Positions 16,030-28,772 of a DNA stretch of 64,000 nt are shown here, in pieces (the stretch's first letter is position 1; each line of letters begins with the position of its first letter). The notes beneath the pieces are model-generated. The model did not search any database, was not told where the DNA came from, and was given only the letters and a program-made list of their open reading frames with translations. The position numbers were made by a program, and so were the translations under genes. The stretch is from Ramazzottius varieornatus (lineage: Eukaryota > Animalia > Tardigrada): contig BDGG01000010.1 of NCBI GenBank assembly GCA_001949185.1, forward strand, positions 225,337 through 289,336, read 5' to 3'.

Positions 16030-17140
16030 GTAAGCACGTAGTCTTGCCTATTCGTCTCCGTCTCTTTCTTCATCTCGCTGATGTCTCGTTCAACTTTGTT
16101 GACGGGTGAAAGAAGCTTCTTGTACTGCATGAAGTAGACGACCAAGATGGTCAAGGTAAAGTTGCTGATCCAGCGACCGGGAGTGGGGTTGGTGAGATCG
16201 GCTACAGCGGCCCATCGTTTGACGGTAACGACTAATGCTCGGAGTCTTTCGTCGATCTGACCGAGTGTAAAAAGGTAATCCGACATCACCAGTCCCGACC
16301 TGAAAGCAGAAACAAGACACAACATAGAAAAACGCTGTATTGGGAAGGATAGACGAGTAATCTATACAAGGTCGGAACAGACTAACTCAAAATTATTTTA
16401 CGAGCCGGCAAACAAAAGCGACCAGGGCGCTTTCCGAAGTGGCGCACATATGTGATAACACTGGCTAGAAGCGTGTGCCACCTGGGAAAAGTGGCGCACG
16501 TTTCCAGCCGATATCACTGATGACACGCGCTACTTGGGAAATGATCTGCACACTTTTGTTTCGGAGTCCTGCTTACCAAAGCCGTTCACGGACGAACCGA
16601 AGAGATACATTCGGCTCCAAGGGAAGATTCCGCTGACAGCGTCCTCAATTTGCGTCGAAATAAAATACCGTAACCGAATTACCGTCTCGGTTATGTGAGA
16701 ATACTTCCAGAAAAGCTCGATCTGTTCGGAAACCTGAAATAAATTTAAATAAGCCCACGTTTGCGGGCAAAATAACGTGACTTGAACACCCCAAGATCTT
16801 ATTGTTTTCCAGATTCCCCAACGTATGACGTCACTGCAGCCGCTGCACATTTTCGCTTTGAGCGCCGACTTGCGACACATCCATAACCAAACGCGCGAGT
16901 TAAATGAAATGTGAAGAAACCTACGTTGTCGGTCTCTTTATGTCGTTGGTTGACGAGATCCCTCAGCGATACTTTTTCGTTCTGGACTTTGAGTCCTCCC
17001 TTTAGTATACCCTTCCTCTTCAATGCTCTCAGTGCTGAACCATTCAGAAGTCTTGTTCTAACAGGAACGATGTCGTCGCGCTTGAGATGCGTGCTAGCGT
17101 TCAGAAGCGAAGTGACGCTGCTCTTATCGTCCTTTTCATG
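16030..17140 (-). pseudogene. MTPAP: Internally deleted fragment of mitochondrial poly(A) polymerase
   Basis: VPVRTRLL; VSEQIELF...RLRYFISTQIEDAVSGIFP...FGSSVNGFGK, broken before the DxD motif by a palindromic repeat; resumes IDERLRALVVTVKRWAAVADLTNPTPGRWISNFTLT; no start or PAP-associated domain. Confidence 0.8.
16402..16570. repeat. Palindromic repeat at the MTPAP deletion breakpoint
   Basis: Two-stem form abutting the truncated exon. Confidence 0.75.
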
Positions 17141-17163
17141 ATGAACGTGATGGCAAGTCGCAC

Positions 17164-17446
17164 CATCCAGATGGCTAGGTCCCCGTGCTTGGACACTTGA
17201 AGGGCTCTCGTATGGTCAGATCTATATGACCACCTCGGATCATGGCGAAAGAGTCGTCGCTGCTAAAGCAGCTGGCTCCTGAGACGATAGTAATCATTTG
17301 TATACTTACGTTGATCCGGTGGGGATCTTTCGGGATTCTTTCGTGGGGACCCCACGAGTTTCCGAGACCCAGTACACCGTACTGACTATGGAATCTCACG
17401 GTCATATCTTCGGAATGTTTGGAAACCGGCATTGAAAAACTGGTGC
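17164..17446 (-). pseudogene. OXCT1: Isolated degenerate exon of succinyl-CoA:3-oxoacid CoA transferase
   Basis: GASCFSSDDSFAMIRGGHIDLTI, then frameshifted GALQVSKHGDLAIWM; the catalytic SENG motif has decayed to SQYG. Confidence 0.8.
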
Positions 17447-17476
17447 CTGAATAACCGCGACATATTACAAAATTGG

Positions 17477-17595
17477 GAGATCGGCCAACAAACCCCACTA
17501 GATCGTTTACCCAAGTGGCGCACGTTCTCAGTCTTTTTGGCTGGAAAGCGTCCGCCAGTTGAAAAAGGCTCTTGTCGAGCTTGTTTCTCTAGGTC
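17477..17595. repeat. Palindromic repeat in intron sequence co-duplicated with the OXCT1 exon
   Basis: CCAAGTGGCGCAC core with outer arms. Confidence 0.7.
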
Positions 17596-18024
17596 CCATC
17601 TACTTAAGAGTACTTTTTCTCGCTCAAAAGACCGGCTATTTTTGAAAGATGTAACTTGCGGAAAACGTCGACACCCACCCAGCTTTGCGTAGATGCTGTC
17701 TTTAATTCTTTCACGCCCGGCGAATTATCCTCTCGCGCGCGGGTAATTTCGTTCAAATGCTAACTGGCGCTGGCTTCCCGTTCTCTTTTCAGCGTTGTCT
17801 TCTCAATACACTTCTCGTATCTTTGGCACCGGAAACATGCATCGATCGAGGGTTCAACTGCTTAAATAAGATCCAAATAGATCGGAAAATCGCATGAAAA
17901 TCGAGTGAACGGTGAAATTACCCAGTCTCAACGATCACTTAAACTTCGACAATCCCAGTCTTCCGCCTTGGAGCAAGATGGATTAAAATTTCTGGCTGTC
18001 TTCGTGAACACAACTTTGCCCTGT

Positions 18025-18923
18025 TTATCGGCTTTCCATACCGAAGTCACCCGTGATGGCTCCTTCCATGATGTATTCCCATAGAACATTCTCGAGTCTT
18101 TCTCCGGAGGTGGTGGAGCTGACATGGCGGGAGGATGCAGCGCGACTGCTTCTCCGTCGCAAAGAGGGCAAGTGGGCTGGCCCTGTGACCACGGACGGTT
18201 CACGCACCTTGGGCACATACGTTCGCGCTGGCTTCTGACTCTCTTCGGCTTGGCTGCAACGAGGAAAAAAAACAGATTACACACTTCAAAATCAATAATT
18301 AATCGAAAACTATCATGATCGGAACAAGGAAGTCAAATCATTAATAACTCGATCGAAATACCAATCAATCGACGCTATCACAAGCAAAGGGGGAAATAGA
18401 ATTAGGTCGTACTTACGGTTGGACGAAGAAGCTGTGCGCGTCAGGGCCGCGATTGCAGTAGTTGGGAGTGCCGTTGCTGGGAGTGCCATAGCTTCCGTAG
18501 TTGCCGCCGGTATAGTTGGACGATCTGCTGTAATTCGTGGTGGGATAGGTCCGAGTCTCCTGGCGATAGTAGACGTCACGGTCCCCACCTCGGCTGGTTC
18601 CATCGCGGTTGTAGTTGCTGTCGCACGAGCGAGAGTAGCGGGTGTCACCTGCAACCAGATAGAAAGAAACCGTTAGCAACTGTCCCACACCGCTTGCCAT
18701 AACCAAAGTCGGAAGGCTCGCCACAGGGAAACTCAAATCAAACAGAGCAACCGAAAGGGAAGCTTACCTCGGTTGTAGTCATCGCTGGTGGTGTCAAGTC
18801 AACCGGAAGTAACAACAGGAAGAAAGATACTCACGGGGTTGCCATTTCCGTTTCCACCCAGACCGAACCACGATCGCCATCCTCCTTGCTTGTCATCGTG
18901 CGAGCATCATCGAAAAACGGCAT
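18025..18923 (-). CDS. Orphan low-complexity (R/G/Y/S/T-rich) protein, 4 exons including a 17-nt micro-exon
   Basis: MPFFDDARTMTSKE...ATP|DDYNR|GDTRYSRS...FFVQP|QAEE...MESR*; all GT-AG phases join; TATAAAA ~45 bp upstream. Confidence 0.55.
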
Positions 18924-19452
18924 GAAAAGCTACGCCGTAAGAATGAAGACCGAGCTGCCCACGTTTTTATACGTTTTCCAGATAGAAAGAATGTGGGTGT
19001 AAATACTGGACGCTGGCCAGCTCCTCATTGGAGGACGCGTTCAGGGTTCACACCCATATATTTTGGCCGTATTGTACGAGTTGTGTACGATGACGTCTGT
19101 TGTCTGTGCGAAAACCACAGCGGACTTGCCTCTGGCCAACTGTGAGAATATTGTCCACACCGAGAGAAGACGCGGAAGATCCCGACCTGCGGTCGCAGTA
19201 TGACAGGCTCTTGCGGCTCTCCACTACAGCTGTCGCGCGCTGCCATCAGTCGGAGCTCGCAACGATCAAACTATCGTTATAATAATCATGAGATCTTTTA
19301 TGTCGGCCAGCACAGCCTGCTGCCTGCATGCACGGGGATGAAGCGTGTTAAAACGTCACGTTCAAAACCTCAAATCCCAAACCCAGCTCATAAAGCTTTT
19401 GCCTATACGTAACCGTAACGTTGCCTGTGCAGAGAAGTACGGAGCACACAGG

Positions 19453-22345
19453 TCACTGGCCAACAAGAAGTCCTTGACCATGGCGAGTTGCTTCCAGCGA
19501 AGCATTCTCATCTTTCACGGCTTTCAAATCCCGCAGTACGTTTTGCAGCTTCTCCTCCACCTTTCTGTTCATCAGAGAAGCTGCCTACAAAAGAAAAATC
19601 GCCAGTTTGTCAGTCAGATAATCGAGAAGAAATCATTCCAAATGCGACGTTTTCTTACCTCATCTTCCAAGTCTTTACTTTCCCGCACCAGTACCCCAGT
19701 ACTCTCCACGGTCCTTATTAAGCCCGCACACTTCTCATGGAAAATCGCCACACACTTGTAGGCTTTCCGAGCAAGCTCGTCGCTCTTGGCGTCGCGGAAC
19801 ATGAGCTCCTCGATCTCAGTGAAGGCTCGCTCGAGTCTTCCCGACAGGGTGTTGATTTCCTTCTGGATCACTCTCGTATCCCTTATGATTTTATCGATAT
19901 CTACCTTTTGTTTCTTGATACTGGCAACTATTTCTAGGATTCGTTTCGTGTATGAAGCTCGCGTCGGAAGACTGCCCAGATTGTCGAGTTCTCTTTTAAG
20001 GACATCCAGATACTCTTCCCTTTCGTTCAACTCGCCGTGGAAAGAGGAAATGCGCTGCTTCGTTTCCCGAATCTCTTCCTGTAGCTTCTCTGTCCTGTTC
20101 TGCAATACCGCCAACATGATCTGTACTCCCCAATTATTCCAACAAAATACTCTGAATTCAAGATGACGGCAAATAACTTCCCACAGATCGTAATCCCAGG
20201 TGGCGCACATTTTATACTGATGACAATGACAGTACGCGCCGCTTTAGAAAGTGATCTGGGTGCACTCGTTTGCCGCCTACCCAATCCATCGAATATTCCA
20301 TAACCATTTATTTTTATCTTTGGTATATTCGTCAAGTTATCTTACTTGCTGCAACACGCTCTGATCTTGTAGCGACTTGAACCCATGAAGTAATGAAGCC
20401 TTCTTGCTGTCCCACTGCTCGTGCAGGTTTGCTAACATAGCTCGAAGGTCTCCGATCTCGCCAGTGACCGAAGCAAAAGTGAGGCGACTTCCATCGGAAG
20501 ACGCGCCGGCGATGGCTTCCTTCACGCTCAAGGTCCGCTCGAAGTCTGTCAAGAACTCTTGGCCTTCCCTTACAGACTTCTCAGCCTACCAAACGAAATA
20601 TCCGTCGGTCACAATCATATCAGATAATAGTGGGGTTCAAGTCCTCAGTACCAACGACAGATGCTTCGAGGATACAATAATAAATCAAAAATTTCTTTTT
20701 ACAGTATTTCTTTCAAGTTAAAATCGGAGTAGATATGAATTTACCTTTTGGAGTGCAGCGGACGCGGAAGCTTTCTCGGCCATCAGCACCGCAAATTTTC
20801 CCGTCAGTTCCTCAAGCTGAGCGTTCAGCTCTTTGATCTGCTCTCCCTTCGTCATCTGAAAAACAAAAGGCGAAATCAACAGCCAGTTCAGTTTTCCAAT
20901 AAACTGAGTTGCAGAATGCACGATCCATAGGTGGCAGGTACTGTAATATTCGCGGCGTCCGCGCCTCACCTCATCGTACAAGTGAAGTACAGCCCCAGTC
21001 CAGTTTCACGGATTGCGCAACCCCCTACGGGGTGCATTGTTACGTACGGGTACGTACTGCGCGGATACAGCGAATATTGACAGTACTGTATCTCCCCGTC
21101 CCCGGCTTTACCTGCGCTTTCTCGTTGCCTTTCGCGGCTTTATCGACGGTCGCCTCACTGCGTCTTCGAGCTGGGACAGAAGGCTTGTTTCTCGGGGGCG
21201 GCAACGGCTTTGATTTTGCTGGCTGCTTCTCGGCGTCTTTCGCAACCCGTCCAATGTTCCACTTGAATCTTTCCAGGTCTTCGTTGCCACCATTCCAACT
21301 GGCTAATTTGAGCGCGTTATATTCTATCACGGATGAGCCCAGCTCGCTGGAAGTTGAGCATTGTGCAGGAAGAATGGGAACGAACTGAGCCTGTTGTAGA
21401 GTCAAAGGCACCGAGAGCTTTTGTGAACGGAAGACTGAAGCTCGAGGATCCACCTGCAGAACACAGAAAACTCTTCCTCAAGTTGCCCTGGATCATGATG
21501 TTATAAAAGACATAGAGGGTAGAATAATCACGGTGCTGGAATGTCGGAAAGCTCTGAACTGAAGTAGAGAAAGAGGCAGCCATGGTCTCTCCATTTCTTC
21601 CCGAAGACGATTCCGCACTTCCGCGGCGAGCGAACTTCCATGAGCTGTCAAGGACGAGATACGTTCTCTAATGAAAAGCTCACGCAAATACATTTATTTG
21701 TTTGTTTTTATCAGATTATTTCCGCGATAGATTCAATTTGATAAGCTTCGGTCTACCTGGAGCCTCTACCGAAGGGACATCTTCCTTGGGAAGCTTGTCC
21801 ACTAAGAACATGAGCAGCTTCCTTGTTTCTCCTTCCCCTCCGTACAGGAAAGCTTCATAGCCCAGTTCGCTGGAGAAACCAGCGTTCTGAAACAAGAACA
21901 CAACTTGGGAGCTCGGCAAAAAAACTCACCAACATTGTTTTGTCAAGTAGCGCACGTCTTCGTTGTAATTTACTGACAGCGTGCGCCACTTGGTGAAACG
22001 ATCTTGTCAAGTTGGTTAGCAGAGCTCTCCGTACAGTTTCCTACCTTGCAGGCCTCAGCAAGGGTAGCTGCTTGACGGTACTTCGTGGCCATCGCTGAGG
22101 ATAAACGCACAGGAATACCAGCGTTGGCTTCGGGATCGATGTTGCGCAGACATTTAGCAACAGCCTCCACCAACATTTCCGTGGAGAGCGACCGGACGGA
22201 CGTGATGTCTTCTGGAATGTCACTACGGGGAGCAATACGAGCAAGAACCCATGAAATATTCTCGCAGTATGAGACGCTCGACGTGTATTTACCAGTTTAG
22301 CTGCTGTCGTAGAATTCCGAGGAGAATATCATCCACTTCTGCCAT
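19453..22345 (-). CDS. CCDC22: Coiled-coil domain-containing protein 22 (CCC/Commander complex)
   Basis: MAEVDDILL; VEAVAKCLRNI; ELGYEAFLYGGEGETRKLLMFLVDKLP; RASYTKRILEIVASIKKQKVDIDKIIRDTRVIQKEINTLSGRLERAF...LARKAYK. Confidence 0.93.
20165..20280. repeat. Intronic palindromic repeat
   Basis: CCDC22 intron; degenerate. Confidence 0.7.
21910..22028. repeat. Intronic palindromic repeat
   Basis: CCDC22 intron; GAGCTCGGCAAA...AGAGCTC. Confidence 0.8.
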
Positions 22346-22787
22346 TCTTCAGCAGGTGCTAAGTTCCAGGCTTGCTGTCTGAGCCTGTCTCCCGGTTGTC
22401 CTGACAGGAAAAGTCGTACTTTGAAGGCCAACGATGAATGCCACCTCAACGAGCCATCATGCTTCCTTCATGGAATCTGGACAATGGAGCGGTCACGCAT
22501 CCATTGCAAGCTCAAGAAATCTCTGTGAGAACGAAAAATGAAAAGTGGAACAAACCGACAACTGAATCAAGTGCTCTAATTCAGTCAAATCAGCTGACTC
22601 CAGAATCTAACTTAGATTGCAATCGAAGAAAGCCCGCTTTAAGCCTGCGGCCTGCCATAACCGACATGTTGGTATTTTTTCTGGTCATGAGTCCCGCGTT
22701 TGTCGTTCTTCACTTGGCTTCTTTTGCGATTTCTATTCCTTCAATCTTCGCCCTCAAGACAGCTCTTCATGTTCTTCTTGGCTCGAG

Positions 22788-23635
<848 letters not shown>

Positions 23636-24029
23636 GAGTTTTGCACAATCACAAGACTCGGAAATGTGAAGCGTTACGTAACGTGTCACAAATAGACGAG
23701 CACGCTTTATGCCGGTGTAGCCGCAAGAAGGTTCGTTGGGCGGCGGAAAAGGCATTCTCGAAAAGGTCAGCTGAATCGGCGAGCTTTAGTACCATTGCGG
23801 ACATACATCCTGCTTCTGGGAATTCTGAATGACGATGTCTGGTTGGCGCTTGCCCACCTTGTCGAACCGTTTAACGCTGTCAAGACTGAATGTCCTGTTT
23901 CAGAGCCGGCCGAGAACACTGCCGCCGCTCAGGTCGATAGAAAATTAGGTGAAAAGATGGCCGATTATGGTACCGAGCATCATGACACACTGGTATCTCG
24001 CTACCGCGATACGTTTGGCGGAGAAAAAG

Positions 24030-24368
24030 GTAGCCTCCACTCGTACTTACGGTGGAGATATGTCAGGAAGCTCTGAACGGGAGTAACAAAAATGCAGCTA
24101 AGATCTCTCCATTTCTTCGCGAGGACGATTTCGCACTCTATCGGCGAACGGACTTCCATGAGCTGCCAAAAAATAAAATACTTTCGCTCATGATACGCTT
24201 GCGCGAATCCACAAAATCGAATATCTTTCATCAGGATATTTTCGCGGTGGAGGTGATAGGCCTCCGTTGGCTTAGATTTACCTGGAGCTTCGATAGAGGG
24301 GGCGTCTTCCTTGACAAGTTTGTCCACTAAAAACCTCAGCAATTGCCGTGTCTCTCCTTCGCCTACGT
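24030..24368 (-). pseudogene. CCDC22: Duplicated fragment of CCDC22 (two partial exons plus intron)
   Basis: GEGETRQLLRFLVDKLVKEDAPSIEAPG mirrors 21757-21845; similarity continues through the intron and next exon. Confidence 0.8.
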
Positions 24369-24427
24369 AGAGAAAATCTTCGCAGCCTAGTTCCCCGGAA
24401 AGAAGCTTCTTCCAAGAGAGAGCTCTT

Positions 24428-24720
24428 GGAAGAAGTTCTGGAGCATGTCAAGAAGGACATTTGGGATAGCTGGAAGCATTCGGCAGTGCAGCTCTTGACG
24501 CGGGCCTTGTTAGTCTCCGGCCGAGGTAAGACGCAGGCTACTCGTAAAGTGAGTGGCTCTTCGAAGGGAATGTGCTCAACCGGTGAAACAGTTCTTGGCC
24601 GTCATTTCTTTCTTTTACGTTCAGCAGACTTGATTTTTATCTGCAACTGCCCTGCCGAGTTTTTGTCGGGGGAAATTTCTGTTGCGTCACCAAAGCATGG
24701 GTAAATTTATCGTTCGGTTA
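24428..24720 (+). pseudogene. NAA25: Duplicated last exon and 3' UTR of NAA25
   Basis: EEVLEHVKKDIWDSWKHSAVQLLT versus EEVLKHVKKDICDSWKHSAVQLLT at ~57890-57960 (-); UTR motif CCAAAGCATGG.TAAATTT is shared. Confidence 0.8.
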
Positions 24721-24980
24721 CATTTTTATGGAAGTAAACAGCAAAATCTCGGACAGAAGTTTAGCAGATGCCCGTATGAAAAAGCTAAGAACCGAAAGTA
24801 AATCTTCAGACAAATTCCAAAACTTTAAAGATAAATTCGATCTCGGGAAAAGAAGCAGCAGTTGTCGTCTAGTATGCATAAGCGAATGTAATGTAGGACA
24901 TCTAATGTAGCAAAAATCGAGGAAATCTAAAAGCTTTGCAAAACCGTCCAGGAAACTCTTTCGGGTAACTTTAAACTGTA

Positions 24981-25297
24981 CGAGGGAAAGGTTGTAAAGT
25001 TAGCCGCCCCATACCGGGTTTGTAAAGTTAGCCGTCTAAGTTCGCCTGTTCTCTACTACTCAATCCCAAACTTTCAAGGATAGATCGAAAGATAAAATAA
25101 TGAGCTGTCGAATGGTAATAGGCACAGTCAACACGAGAAGTCAGAGAATCCAAGAGATCCGCAATAAAAAGAACGTTGAAATCTCATGTTAAACAGCCAA
25201 GACTGACAATCAAATAGTCAATCAAGCAATAGGCGCCACAGCCGTGGCTAACTTTACAAACCCGTATGGGGTGGCTAAGTTTACAACCTTTACCTCG
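24981..25297. mobile_element. Tc1/mariner-type MITE
   Basis: ~55-bp TIR CGAGG(G/T)AAAGGTTGTAAA.TTAGCC.CCCCATAC.GGTTTGTAAAGTTAGCC with TA on both sides. Confidence 0.85.
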
Positions 25298-25459
25298 TAC
25301 CATCCAGACCCACAGATTGTCATGAGAAAGAAAACATAAGATCCGCTTTGTACTTTGGCAAGACTCTACTCTAAATATCACATATCTCTGTCAGGAACTG
25401 TCGTGTAATGAACTGTATAAGACCGTTGAGCCTACTAGGAAAATTCTTCGTGAGCTTTT

Positions 25460-27920
25460 TCAGTTGCTGGATCGCTTCTCTGGCTTCAGGATGGACTTGA
25501 GCTTCCCCGCCTTCGGCTCGCTCTCTTCGACAGCGGCGTACTCTTCCGAAGGAATCACGTCCAGCTTGGGACGCGGGAACGGTCGGTTATCATCGCGGGC
25601 GATTTCGAACACTCTGGCCGACTTCGGATCGTGTTTCTTGGCAATCTCGTGAACGTACTCGACCGGAAATGGGTCCGGATGACACTTGCACTGGAAAATG
25701 GAATCGATTCTAGAAGTCGATGTGACAAGAGCAGGAACATTACAGAGAAAGGAAATTCAGCAAAGAAACTCGATACGATAGCATTCCCAGGTGGCGCACA
25801 TTTTCCAGTCGGTAACACCGCAACTGCGCGTCACTTGGAAGAACAATCTTGCCGAATTTGGTTCTCTTCAAGTGGCGCATGTTCCCGAAGATGCTGGCTG
25901 AAAGCGTGCACCATTTGGAAGAACGACCTTATAGCGTTTGTCTGCCAAGGTCCCAAGAACTTCACCTTCTTGGCTGCCAAGCCGAACGGAATCCAGTCCT
26001 TCGTGGTGACGTTTCGTGCTTCGGCCAGGTTGTGGCCGCTGTTGAAGCCCCAATGGTAGGCATAGGGAAACGTGATAACCAGGTCGCCAGGACGCTGATG
26101 TGTCTGCAAAGGCAAGCAAGATTAATGAAATGTAACCAAAGAAACCGGACAAGGTAAGTGACATAGATGCATGAATTACAGTGAAAACAGGTATTCCTCG
26201 AGCCAACAGAAGGTCAGGATGGATCAACGTGGACTTCTCGCGAAGAAAGGCCGGACACTGCGGGAAGTCGTCACCCTTCGGGATCAGTTCTGTAACCAGA
26301 AAGAAAGGCCAGTTAGAGGTATACAACGACTTAATAGTACGAGAGCTCGGCAAACAAACTCGGTCAGATTGTTGTCGTAAGTGGCGGACGTTCTTGGCCG
26401 TGTTGGCTGAAGTGTTCGCCACTTGGGCAAACTCGACCAGATCGATCTCTCAAGTGGCGCACACTCTCATTTGTTTTGTCCGGAAACGTGCACCATTTGG
26501 AAAACTTATCTTGGCGAGTTCGTGGAGATAGCTCCACATGACATTACGTTCTACAAAAGTTTGATGGGAGAAAGCAAACTTCGACATACGTCTGGCGACA
26601 GCTTCAAAGGCCTCGCTAGCGTAACATGGTACACCGAACCAGACTTTGGGATCACCGTCGTGGAGATAGTTGGCGGAGTAGCAGTCACCGTCCTCAGTGT
26701 GACAGGCGAAGGTCGAACCGTAGCTACCGATGTACAGGTAAGGCAACTTGACACCATCGAGCGTCTTGACACCGTCCATGGAAACATAACCGCACTCTTG
26801 CGCGATCGTCTCTTCGTCCAAGTCTTTCGTCAGGCAGGGAAAATCTTTCGAGGAAAAGTTCCAACACTACAAAGAAAGAAAGAAAGATGCACTTCCGCGA
26901 TCGATTCGAAACTTGACGTACGGACTTTCCTTCTCAGCAAGCAGAAAAATTCAGCCGTCTTTCACAAACCTGCATACAAGGACCCACAGCTCTACCTCGA
27001 AGCGGAAGTAGGCATGTGCGTGCAAACGCAGACCCGAACAGACGCAGCGAGACGTCGATAAACCACTCGCCTGCACGCACCCGCACGCATACGTAAAACA
27101 CGGCAGGACGTACGCGACAGCTGTATGCAGGTGCTCCAAAAGTCGTAAAGGTAACTGAGTTTGATTGTGCGGTCATTGGGCGATGGTGAATCTTTGATGT
27201 CTTACCTCGAGATCTGTACGCATCGCGGACCCACTGAAGTCTGCTCCGTACATGGTACTTTCTTGGATTACGCGAGTCTTGAAATACTTCTCACGAACTT
27301 TCGATTCTCTCCTTCGTTTTTGCTCCGGAGTTTCTTTCTCCAGAGCCTTTTCATCCATCTCACGCTCTTTCAGGACCCCAACCAGGTTCTTGAACTTAGG
27401 AGTCTTCCTCAGCGTAGCTTCCAGCTCGTTATCCTTCCTCAGCGTTTCTGCTTGGTACTGCTGTAACGTCAGCTGCCTTGCCATTCCTCTTTCGATGCTG
27501 AATGACTGCTGAGTCTTGTCGTGCGGAACGAAGTGCTGCACGAGGATGGGCAGAGCGCTCTCCAGCGAGGCTCTCAGCTTCTTCTGTGACTCGTCGTCCT
27601 GCGGCACCCATTCAAGAGGTGTCTGAATCTGCGAAAAATCGACAGTGTGCTAAACGCTGAAGTTTCCGACACACTCAACGAATTGATACCTTTATGACCC
27701 CAAACTTTCGGCCAGCTTTCTGGATCTCCTCAGATGTCAAATACTTGATCTCGTCTTTGAACTCGTCGTACGTGGGTTTAAAGAGGGGTATTTCGCGAAG
27801 AGGAAGTGCTCCGCCGGGGATGAACGAACCAGGCGTCGCAGGCCAGGAGTAAGGACGCTTGATGCCTTTGCCATCGCTCTTGATCAGCGGAGGGTAGGGA
27901 GAAGACCCTTTGCTCGACAT
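25460..27920 (-). CDS. Divergent KDM4-like JmjN/JmjC demethylase
   Basis: [19 protein letters not shown]; TMYGAD; [37 protein letters not shown]; CPAFLREK; [22 protein letters not shown]; CKC; Fe-binding H-x-E...H retained. Confidence 0.85.
25755..25950. repeat. Intronic palindromic repeat, two-stem form
   Basis: Intron of the divergent KDM4-like gene. Confidence 0.75.
26343..26535. repeat. Intronic palindromic repeat, two-stem form
   Basis: Intron of the divergent KDM4-like gene. Confidence 0.8.
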
Positions 27921-28772
27921 GGCACGAGTCCGAACTCGAAGAAACCAACGGCAGCTCTGCAAAGATAAGGAAACAAGTATCAAAGTGACAACACTGACAA
28001 TGAGACAGGGTGACGAAATGCGCTGGCCAGCTTACTTCTCATCCCACCGTTCCACGGGCGGTTCTTCGTGTCATCTACGGTGCGTCAAAATCACATTCTT
28101 TCCTGAATGTGCAAGGTAGAGTTTTGAATTACGCCAGAGCGAAAGAAGGAGAGGGCTCAAATGAAGGAAGAAAACTTCGCTGGTGTCGGCCTGACTACAG
28201 AGCGTTCACCTGTCAGTCCGGCACTCCTCAGCGTTCACAGAAAAGGCATCACTTCTCGCGAACATATCCAGATGCGGTGTGGGAATCCGTGGAAGCGACC
28301 AAGAACGAGAAATCGAGCGTGGAAGAAGTTGGAAGTCCAGAAAGAATGAAAATGATGTCACTATTGTAACGTACAAAGTGTTGTACTGTTGTTTTATTTT
28401 TTTTCGGGACTGATGAAAAAGCCAAGGGTTCGCCCAAACTAGGCCCCGGCTTCGGGATACGTCCGAAGTGACGGGCCAGACCCCGGCCAGTGCCGTCCGT
28501 CATGGCTCCACCCAGGCTAAGCGGTGAACCCCGAAATTCCAGGGCATTTCGAGGTCGCGAATTAAAGTAAGCAGAAACTTGTCAATCAAAAGTGCAAATC
28601 AATCGTTGACGATCGATCGTAAGTATTTCTCTCGGTTTTCGTCAGATGACGGTTTTTCTTTCCATGTCAGCTTCTGTTTATGGACTAAACGCTACAACTA
28701 CTGCTTTTAGGCAAGGAGCTACATCTGGGACGGGAAGGATCAGGTGCACGAGGTGCGGCCGAAGTCCCTAGG

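Noticed and set aside
23700-24000. Exon-like piece within the mosaic (VKRFDKVGKRQPDIVIQ)
   Set aside because: No donor found in the window and no family recognised.
28425-28535. Small GC-rich inverted repeat (GGGTTCGCC…GGTGAACCC)
   Set aside because: Short, single copy and no TSD; cannot be called a MITE.
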